The notes beneath the pieces were generated by a model, which saw only the letters and a program-made list of their open reading frames with translations, was not told where the DNA came from and made no database searches. This document shows positions 13,865 to 25,200 of a DNA stretch of 64,000 nt, one piece after another. This DNA comes from Antedon mediterranea (Eukaryota; Animalia; Echinodermata), in contig NC_092670.1 in assembly GCF_964355755.1 (NCBI RefSeq), forward strand, positions 4,082,201-4,146,200, written 5' to 3'. Every line of letters starts with the position of its first letter. The first letter of the stretch is position 1. A program made the translations under genes and the position numbers.

Positions 13865-14006
13865 TTAAGGAGACAACATTATTTCGTTCTCTCAAAATAT
13901 TATTTCCTTTTCCCTTGAAATTGTATTTTCTTCCTGCATGTTCCCTTTCGAAATATTAATTCGTTCTGTCGAAATATTGCGGTCCCTTAATTAAAATTGT
14001 TTATAA

Positions 14007-14185
14007 AGCTTGGTTCCCACTAGAACGTAACGCAAGGACGTAAACGCAACGCAAGCGTTTTAACCAATGAAAAGCGAAGTTATAGACAGTTAGCAATCAC
14101 AAGCGAATAAGCCATCGCTTGTGATTGGTCAATTCACTTGCGTTGCGTTACGTCCTTGCGTTGCGTCGCTAGTGGGAACCACGCT
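14007..14185 (+). mobile_element. Harbinger/PIF-like MITE family A, copy 1
   Basis: TIRs AGCTTGGTTCCCACTAG...CTAGTGGGAACCACGCT, TAA TSD on both sides, subterminal ACGCA repeats. Confidence 0.85.
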
Positions 14186-14209
14186 TAAATGATATCATTC
14201 CCCCTGGTA

Positions 14210-14388
14210 AGCGTGTTTCTCACTAGCGACGCAACGCAAGGACGTAACGCAACGCAAGTGAATTGACCAATCACAAGCGATGGCTTATTCGCTTGTGATT
14301 GCTAACTGTCTATAACTTCACTTGTCATTGGTTAAAACACTTGCGTTGCGTTTACGTCCTTGCGTTACGTTCTAGTGGGAACCAAGCT
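14210..14388 (-). mobile_element. Harbinger/PIF-like MITE family A, copy 2 (inverted, 24 bp from copy 1)
   Basis: Reverse complement of copy 1 with 5 mismatches in 179 bp by manual comparison; followed by TTA. Confidence 0.85.
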
Positions 14389-15441
14389 TTAAGGCTATTT
14401 GACGTTTTATGTCAAACAGATTATAAGATTCTAAAAATTAGTGGTTTTATATCTCTCATATTTTGATATCCCCTGGGTTAAGGATTCCGTTTCAATCAAT
14501 TCGAGAATTACTAATATTGAGCTTATGTAAGAGAGTCTTGAATAAGCATCACAATTATCCTGTAATGAAGTGTGCCGAGATCATATCAGGCATTTATTAA
14601 TTACCGTATGCGTGAAATAGCAACAATATTATGTATAACGAACAATCTCTTGTATATTAAATAGATCAAGTTCCAATTAAACGGATGCACACGACGCGAT
14701 TTGTGTAAGTATGGTACGCAGATAGTCTATCAATAGGTTTTAATGTTTCCAAAAGAGGCCGTATCCACAGTATATAAAGACAATATACTAACTAGAATTT
14801 AATTCGTCACTTTGATGACTTATTGGTGATCATTGTGTTAAAAGATAATTTAACCGACATTTAAATTTAACTTAAATTTAACTTATTTAAAGAAAATCGT
14901 AAAATATTAACGCCTATACTAAAATCATAACTACGCGAAATTTCATCTCAAACTATACGTACACATATTATATAGTTTTTTACTTCATAGTTAATTAAAA
15001 AGACAAGAAGACTGTGTATAAACTATTAAGTTACTAATGTCATTTGACTTTATTAAATTGCGGGAATAGTAATGTAGGTATGGAAGGCTCTATCATCCAG
15101 GATAGACCTCATTCATATTATCCACATATGCCTTATATAAAGACTACAGGTTCAAGCAAGCGATATACGTAATGCTTACTTATATATTGTTACACACAAT
15201 TTCAAATACTCACATATAAGGTACATGCGCATTATAAGACATAAAACACATCTATTATCACATACTGTTCAATATTGATGGTAAGTTTAATTATAATTCC
15301 CATAGTTAATGCACTCAAATAGTGTTTAATACAAAACAACTTATTATAATAAATAATTCACTATAAGGTTTTAAATAAATAATGTCTATAAACTGTTTTA
15401 TATTTGAATTAATATTTAAAGCTATTTAACTTAAGTTTTAC

Positions 15442-15517
15442 AATAAGCAACCCAGTGGTTAACGTACACTGTTAGTATTAATAAGCAACCCAGTGGTTAA
15501 CGTACACTGTTAGTATT
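15442..15517. repeat. Perfect 38-bp tandem duplication
   Basis: AATAAGCAACCCAGTGGTTAACGTACACTGTTAGTATT x2. Confidence 0.9.
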
Positions 15518-16280
15518 AACTAAATGTTTTATATATTCATTTTAGTCATTAATCAAACTAACTAATGACTTTTAACAGATTTTCTCTACTTTGTATAGTT
15601 AAAAAAACCCTTCTAATGCTTTGGTGGCTTTTCATAAGCAAAGTAAACAAATAAATTTACGTTTTTTAAAAAATAAATATGTATCAAACCGCTGAGGGTC
15701 TTTTTTAAGAACCAAGAGGAACTGTGAATTGCATAGTTTACGCTAACCAACGGTATGGCATTTATCAAGGCTGATCACGATCCCAATATGATATCGATAT
15801 ACAAGGATTGCCTTAATGTTATAAAGCTCACTACCAGGGGCGGATCTAGGACTATGTTGAGTTGGGGGCGGTTCCTCCTCCCTATTTTTTTTTAGCAAAA
15901 CAAATTGTAACACATCGTCCCCTTCACAACGAATCATCAAATCGGAATTTATCAACTTAAAAATTGAAACAAACGACGTATCAATGCAAATTGCCATATT
16001 GCGTAACACAAGTGGGAACCGACGACGCAACAGTACAGTAGGCCTACTGCAAACATCGCTACGCGCGAGCAGTTTGATTTCGTCAATTACATACTGGGAC
16101 GTCAAAGTATAACTGAAATCATAATAATTTATATAAAATAAAATAATATAAATATGTAAAATTGGAACTAGAACAGAGACAATTTATTATCCCACAATTC
16201 TTGGCTAGTGATATGTGGTTAAAGGGTATATACCTTTATTTTAGGCAAAATAAATATTTTTGAAAAGAACGAATTAGATA

Positions 16281-19200
16281 TTAAACCTCAGTTTCACAAC
16301 TATGCGACTGTCGGTATAGTAGCCTCAAAGCACGCTCGTCTTGATTTAATACTGGGTACTGATACGCAGACATAATATTTTTGTATTTTTTCTTTTCGGA
16401 TTGCCGTTTTCTTAATGGTCCGACTCCTCCGGATGAACCTTCAGAATCGCTACAAACATCACCGCACGAACGCCGTTGAAGCCATCGAGATGGTGGTCGT
16501 CGATTGGTTGGTTGTGGTTTAGCGAATCGTGACGTCAGTGGTGGCACCATCTGTACGTTCAGCTGTCAACAAGAAAATGTACAGTGCTATTAATAATTAA
16601 TTAATAATAAATGAAACGGATTTTTCAAACTTTAGCATCCAAATTAGATTGAATATATAAATAATTTACAACGTAAGAACTCACGGTAAAGGCATCATTT
16701 TAGAAATACCATTTTAAAAATGGATTAATAAACAATAAATGATTTGGTGGTTATTAAATAATTTTAAAAAAAAAACCAAACGTAGAACAAATCTATCTCA
16801 AATATGTAAAATCTTCGATAATAATGAAAAATACAAAACAGATTCACAGTCCAAGGAGTTAAGTACCCAATACAGTATTTTGTTTTCTTTTTTTTTCTAT
16901 TACTATCTCAATCAAATTAACGTTAAAACCAACGAAATAATATTATTATTAAGTTGTTTTTTTAAATTCAACACTAGGCCTACATTAAATGTTGGGTTTA
17001 ATAATAATAATAATATTTATTCGGTCATCAATGTAAAAATAACCAGGAATGAGAATAGGCTAAAGCCCAAACAGATTCTGCACTCACTCCATATATTTAT
17101 ACCCTCCATAGTTATTTATACTTTGTAGGAATAGTCCAATTACAACAAAAGAGAACCAAAACGCAATGACATTTGTACATATTTCATGCAAAAATCAACG
17201 AATGTAAAACAATGGAGTTACAGTATGCTATAATCAAATCTAAGTATTGACATAAAATACACTGATCACCGTCATGCATTTAGACAAAAGTTATAAAAAA
17301 GAATGCAAAAACAGAAATTAGTTAGAAAGAAATAAAAGAAGGATTACGGTCTTGTGAATAAATGTTAAGAAAATCATTAATATCATCATACACTTTTATA
17401 ATAATAATTTAGATTTATGGAGGTACAGTAGGCCCACTGGTAAGCCAAATATCTGTTCATGATTGGTAGTTAAGAAACAAATAAATAAAAATAAACTTCG
17501 TCACATTTATACTTCAGGCCTATTATAAGTTAACCAAATTATAATGAACAAATTTTACAAAATACTTTTAAAGAAAAGAATAAATTAAGAACACCTATTT
17601 TATATAAAACATAGCGCATGCGTATACCACGTACTAAATATAGTTGTCATCATCACAATCGAGGTGTTAGTGTTTAGATTCTTTGGACTGCATGTGTTTA
17701 AAAGAATGGAGAAAAGCAGAATATAATAATATTACAAGCAAAATGCAAGTATTTTGTAAACATGTTTTTTTATCTTAAAAATTGATTGATATGCGTAATA
17801 CCTTACGTAGTAAACAATGCTTTGTAGGGTAATTTACATTTTATCAAAACTACCGAGTAGCCTATGTATACTGTATCAATATTATTTTAAACTACTGAGT
17901 AGCCTATGTATACTGTATCAATATTATTTTTCAAAATGAGTAGTCAGCAACAAAGAATAAATAGCCATATTACATAATTATTCACAACATAGTTTTCTGA
18001 ATCTTAAATGAATGAATGAACCAATTTATTGTTTTAATTAAACATATACATTTTTTTTCCAAATAATTCAAAACAAAAACATAGCCTATACTTTTGCAAA
18101 CTTTTGGTATTATTATTTTTAAACCATTATCTTACCTTGCTCTTTGTGGCTGATTTTGAAGGTACGATTTTTGGTTTTAGTGGAGATTCTGTCGTTTGCA
18201 TTGGAGCAGGTGACTTTTCACTCCCACTATCAAACCCTTCTTCAGAAGCTATTGGTACCGTTCGTCTCTGTGCTGGTTTCAATTGGACATCTGGCTTTGT
18301 TTTACTTCTATTTGGTTGTGTAGTCAACGAAGTCTTTGATTGAGATGTTATAGTCGTTCTGGTTTCTGATCTCGTAGTTACGTTCGATGTAACATGTTTT
18401 TTTGGTTGTGGAGTATAAACATTAGAAGAAACTCTAAGAGGAGAAGAATGAGTGGATGATTGGCTTGACTTAGGTGAGCTTGTTCTGCTGTCATCGCGAG
18501 GGGATTGCCTACCAAACGACACCTTATATCCGTTACCCGTTGGAGTGCTAGGTGAATTCAAACGTTCTTGGTCGCGAGCTTGCATTTGGCTTTTAGTTTT
18601 AGGCAATAGACCAGGTATAAGGCACGTTCCCGTCTGTGATGGTGACACTGTACCCGAGGAGGACCATCCTATACTGCTATGCTTTTTAGGAATCAGAAAG
18701 CTTGGCGGTGTACTAGGAAGTCTGGAATCAGATCGCATTGGAGACAAGGTTGGAGGAGTAAAACTCTGTGGACTTGTTATACTACGTTTTCTTATATCTT
18801 GTCCAAGTAGACCTGAGCCAGATCCAAATCTAGATGGACGTTCTAAAGTTCTCGAGGGTCTCGAAAAGCTATTTTCAGGATCAGTAAACCTTTTTTCTGA
18901 ATCACTGTCACTGCCACCTCCACCAGTAGTGATTTCAGAATCAGAGTATTGCCCTCCACAGCGGCTTCTGTTTCTATTTCTTCCTAGTGGTGGGGTCGTA
19001 CGAGATGGACTGTGGTTATGTTCTAGTGCCTTTCTAACTGTCTCCACAAAACCTTCTTCCATCTTGTCTGCAATGTATCTTGGATCATCCATAGGTAATG
19101 ATGTAGATTTTCTGTCGGTTTCCCGAAGCATACCTCTAACACTAAACCGACCTGGTGATGTGATGACAGGCCTGTTTTGTCGTCTTCTCGGCACACACTC

Positions 19201-22200
19201 ATTCTTACACACCCAATCGGTCACTGGACGTTCGGTGGATCTGCTCCGTGTGTACCGCTGCCCTTCTGAACTTCGGTTACTGGGCCGTCCAAGGCTCGAT
19301 GACTTGTACGGAGATATTTGTTCACGAACCATTGAGTCTAATACATCTGGTTGAGATCTTGCTCTAAAAGTAGAACAGATATACTATTATGTAAATCGGA
19401 TGCGTTTATATCCGTTTTGTATCCATTTGTGCATACTTTAAAAACCTTAAAATCCCCCCCCCCCCTCTCATATACCAGGGTGACTTGCATAAACAACTCA
19501 GAACCTTAAGACCCCCCCCCCCCCCCACTCTTACACCAGAGTGACTTGCTTAAACTAAGCAAAAACACAGACTTAGCCTTAGGATAATACCTTTTTAATT
19601 TAGCTGCAAATTCAGTGCGAATTTGGCCCTCATAGCTTGTTAGATCCATTTTAACTTGTTCTAACTGTTCCAGAGCCTAGAAAACAAAGGACATAGCAAG
19701 TGACAACCACCTACCTTTCAGATCGATCTTTTGATGTTAATTGACCCCTCTGAAGCGTTAAGAATGTAGGATTAAAAGAGGAAATGTTAGTTTGATTAAT
19801 ATCAAAGAAATGAAGCAATAATATACCACTACTATTATAGAATAAACTATAATAGGCTTTATAGTATGTTATTGAATAGTATACAAATAATGAATGTTCA
19901 TGAGTGTGATGGTACAAATAATGAATGTTCATGAGTGTAATGGTACAAATAATGTCATGAGGTGAAAGATGACAGGATCGCCTTTCAGCTTTAACCAAAT
20001 GAAAATGATTTGTAGGCCATAACAGGCAGGAAAATAAAAAACATTCATTAGTTTTGTAAATAGATTAAAAAGATTAAAGATAAAATAGATTCCTGTCATT
20101 TGAACCAGATTGAATAAAAGATAAACATGAATGAATCAAAATCATACTACAAATGATTTAAAGCTAAAAGTGCTTTCGGGTCTAAATCGAGTGCGATTTT
20201 AAATGTTGTTATTGTTTATTATACAGAAAATGTCGCAAAACGTTAGGCGCGTAAGGCGGCGCTATTGAATTTTATCGGGGATTTTTTTTCGTACAAAAAT
20301 CACACGATCGTTTAATAGAACTATCTATTGACCCATAACCGTCCAATCAAATGACATGAATTTATTTAGGCGTGATAATAGTATATATTATTATTAGTAT
20401 TTAGTATAGTATACTAATGAATGTTTATGAGTGCGATAGTGCAAATAATTGATGAAAAATCGAGTCAATGTGTGTGTTTTAGCCTAAATTATCATTTTTT
20501 ACGACACGATACAGTTTCTCACGGTAGCCCAGCTAACATAATTTCAAATACAGCATATAAGGCCCTTATTAATTTACAATATGGGACCATGAAAACAGCA
20601 ACCTATTACCACTCTCTGGACGTATAATCGTTCATGTGTAACATCGTTTCACATTCGTCCTCAATCTTCTTCTTAAAACCCTCACAAACATTTCCCACTG
20701 TCACGAGCAGCACAACATAAATGACAAATTTATACAGACGAGCGATAACTGTACGAGTGATAACTGTAAGCGGTTAACGGTAAAGCGGAAAACAAAAATT
20801 TTAGAATCTATTATTTTCTACGACCGCTCAGGATAGATAAAGATTGATAAACCGACCGCGTGAGCCTATAGCGGTATAAATATACTGCAGACTATCGCAC
20901 CGCATCAGTTATCTAGTTCCATTCATCTATGTATTGTGGAATATATAATATTAGTTAACAAAGCTACAAAAACGTATTATAACAGCAAAGAATGTATAAC
21001 ATGCAAAATAAAAGTACAAGAAACGCTTCTTGTTTATATAGAAAACGGTGTAAACATGCAACAAATTGAGTATCACATTTACTGAACAACGTAACAACGT
21101 AAGGTGGTGATTGCGGGATTCAATCCAAATTAAATAAAGATACAATTTACAGAATGTTTAAAATAACCCACAGTAATAAATATTTAGTTAAAACCTTCTT
21201 GTACATTTTTGCAAACCATCTAAGCTGACACGGGCCTTTTTTGATCGTACAATTTGGATTTTCTGTATTCCTTGTTTAATAATTTTCAACATGTTAAATA
21301 ATTCAGAAAATAACACATAGAAAATAGCATGGGCGCGCTACTATGTGCCACTCTATTTATAGAACCTCCTGTACACTTTTTCAGACCCGAGAGTATCTAT
21401 GCCTACTTAGGCCCAACAGGTTTCATTGTAATTGACTGTAGGCCTAATTGTAATAATATGATTTAAGATTAACAAAAGCCTGTTTATTTCCGAGAATGTG
21501 GTGGTGGTAATAGCAATCAATTACAAACAGACGCCAAAACGAATCACTTGTCTTAATTGGACTTACAAGGGATATCTCTATACAATAGTTAGAAGGAGAA
21601 ACCTTATCATAAGATCGTTCCATATTGTATTGTCTCTTAGCGCCCCCTATCGAACAGGCTCGATCAACACTTTTGCTACGTGCATGAGAGGTGGAGTTTC
21701 TCACTTTGCTTTCACTGGTGTTGGTTGAAACAATCTTTCCGTTTGTTATCAAATCTTGATGAACCTGTCATAAAATACAAACGGATTAAATTCAAACGCA
21801 AACAAATTAAAATAAACAAAACTAAAACGGAAATAAAAGGAGAAACAGGAATGAAGTATGATTAGATAGATGCAGGTAGATTTAAACTAAACTAAAGTTC
21901 GATCAGTATTGAAAGTAATGTGATGTATATCCTTAATTTTGATTTTTTTTTAAATAACAATAAATATTGTGCTTGTTAATTACACATTTGTTTTTAAGGA
22001 AACATTGTGAAGGAAAGAAAATTAGTATTATTAGTAGTAGTATGATCAACTAATATTCGCATGGAATTGGAAAGTTTCAGTGAGAAAGAGTGAGATCACA
22101 ACGCTAAAACGTTAAGACAAAGTAATTTTCTATTAATAAATTAATTTCAAATTTAAGTATAATACAAACAAGGTCAGCATTGGCTATATTTAATAAAGGA

Positions 22201-25200
22201 TGATACGGTAGCATTCTATATAAAAGATTCCATTATCTGATCGTCGCTTTAGATGCAATTAAAATTAAAAATAAAATATAACATAATTTCAATGACTATT
22301 AACCAAACCAAAATTTGAAACAAAACGGCACAATTAGAACTAAGTATGTTTGGATGCAACCATTTATTTGTATGAAGCTAGTGCAAACATGTGGAGTTTT
22401 AGTGCATTCCGAAGCAGATTAAAACCTACCGACATTGGACAAGTTCCACTAAAATCTGTGTTTGACGTTGGCGACTCGAGTCCAGTTCCTGATCGTATTC
22501 TTCTCATCTAAAACAAATTACGGTTGGAAATTTAAAACAAAATAAATTCCACAAACATGTATTAAATTCCCTGAACTTAATATCTTTGAACTGAGGAAAC
22601 TGTGCGTACAGTACACTACCCTGACTTGAGAGACAATCTTGGGTCTTAACGTCCTCATCCAATTAAGCTCCTTTTTGACCGAACACAGTTCCGGTAAAAT
22701 ATACTTTTAAACAGTCGTGCGGGCAAAGGGCGGACCACAGGAGCCCTTTTCTCACGGGCATGCCGGCAAATCCTGTATAGATGCCTGCATCGTTACCGGC
22801 ATCACAGAGGATGCTTTGTAGACATTTCATTTAATTTGATTTAGACCAGCTTTGTTGCAATATTGTGCAACCTTGTGCATCTACATAGGACTATCGTGCC
22901 GAGAATATAACTATGTTATTACCTCCGCCACGGAGGTTATTGTATATGTTTTCCATATAGAAATTGCGGTAAAATTAAATTTTAAAAATTATAGTCTGTT
23001 TATTGTCTGTTCTTGCAATAAATATATGTACATCATTATATATTGCTACCAGCTACATATTTTACACACGTTTGTTATTATATCATCGAAGTTAATTAAT
23101 CCAATATAATAATAGTTAAGACTAACACATTGCCATTGTCAGGTCACATCATAAATATGTTTAAGTTATTGCTTCAAATATAATAAACAACGAATGGTAA
23201 TGTTTGTAATTCATTTCTACATATGATACAGTATGTACAAGATTTTACCTCAGAAAAAAGGGCCTCAATTCTACTCAACTCGAGTCTTCGTGACGTCATG
23301 TTTTCTTGTAATCGTTTTTGTAGATCGTATCTTTCAACTGTCCATAAATCACGTTCCTGAAGTAACCTGGCCTCCATTTCTGACGTTCTCTGGTAAGACT
23401 CTTCAACAACTGTATGCTTTCGAAGAAGCTATATAAACATTATTTTGAATTAGTTTTAATGATAGCACGGACATTTATTTGTCATTCACGATCATGATTA
23501 GCATTAATATTATGTTATGAACGTACTATTTAGGCGTTTTAGGAAGGAATGGCAAGTTTGACATAACCAAATTTAAATAACCAAGATTGGTCTACAAGCC
23601 TTAATTTTACTCTTTGCATACCTCACTTATTCGACTTTCAGCCCTTTGCCGATCATCTTCAAGAAGTTTTCTTTCTCTTCCGAAGTTTTCTTGAAGAGCA
23701 GCCCTCTCTCGATGCCACTTTACTGCGCTATTCTCTACCTGACGACGAAGCTCAATGGTTTTGTTATGAAGGTCCGAGATGACACGGCGGTGCTCGATAC
23801 GCTCTTTATCCCATGCCATCTTCAACCTTGCTTCAAGTTCTTCGTGTTTTAACTTTTTCTTTCCTTGTAGTTCCAACTAAAACCAATAAAGTTAATTGAA
23901 TTTACTTGGTTATACATTAGTGTCTGATTGTTAGATGTTATGTTACTAGAGTGTTTATTCATGTGTGTTACATATCCTAGCACTATTGCATTGAATAAGA
24001 AATACTGGATTATGATATAAGTTATTGTTTTAATGTATTTATGCTCTTGATTAGACCGATTTCAAGTGAACCAGAATATCATCAATAAATAGCTTACTCT
24101 CTGAATCTTTGCTTGAAGTTCATTGCGCATAATGTCCCATCCTGATTTTTCGTCAACATAATTCTTTTGAATGACCTCTGCTCGTTGAGTTTCAGATGTA
24201 AGTTGGGCGTGTACCTCTCGTTTTTCTCGTTGTATTTCTTCCAATAGCTGTTTACTTCGTTTGGCCTAAGTACAGAATTTAAGTTGTTTAGTGTAAACGT
24301 AAATGCATTAAGAAACCTCTCTTACTTAGAGTGGCATTATTTAGTTGTAATTGATTCTCAATCATGACCGTTTTGGTTATAAACTACATAAACTTATAAA
24401 ATAATCAAGATACTTAATACGTCATGATTAGGCCTACATCTTTTTAGAGTAATGATGACCATGGATTTCATCATGTCTGCATCTTTTAGAAGAAATGGTC
24501 AGATGTCAAGAAATGTCATCTGATTATATAAAGTGTTTAAATTAAAGATTACGAACTCCTAAGTCCAAATTTCTAAGAGTAAATTCACACGTTAAGCCTG
24601 TTAGATTATGTTAGATATTAAACTTAAAATATATTTACTATCAATGCTTCTCTTTCATGATCAGCTTTTGCTGCTGCTAAGTCTACTTTCAAAACTTCTA
24701 GTTGACTTTTGATAGATCCAACTTCTCGCTTTGCTTCCAATGAGGTGGTTTCGTAAAAACAACGCTGCCTTATTTCGTATTGCATCTGATCTTCTAAATA
24801 TTTGCTCTCTTCTCTGAACAGTTTTGTTTCACTTTCAAGTCTAAACTTATGGGCTGCAGCTTCGGTTCGAAGTAACTTCTCCTCTCTCTGATGCCTATCC
24901 AATATCTCGATCTTAGTATTGTTTAGTTCCTCACGCTGGGATTCTAAGTTTACTCGTAACGTCTCTATTTTCTTATTCGCTTCTTCGATTAAATTATCTC
25001 GCTGTTCAATCTGTAAAAAGAAATTCTTCATTAGAAAGTATATCCTATATTTAAAAATTATGTTGAACATTCGTTCCCGGTTGAAGATAAAATTCTTGGC
25101 CTAAAGTATGTATTTTTATGTTTTTCTAACACATCCAACTCGGATAGATAAACTTGACAATGGTCATAAAGTTTAATTTGAGGTACAGCCCAGAGTTGAA

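Noticed and set aside
16739-17128. 129-aa plus-strand ORF
   Set aside because: AT-rich intronic sequence with Asn/Ile/Lys/Phe bias and an (AAT)n run; a chance ORF.
18452-19354. 300-aa plus-strand ORF
   Set aside because: Antisense shadow of the Ser/Pro/Arg-rich SOGA/MTCL exon 19363-18136; no independent splice or domain evidence.
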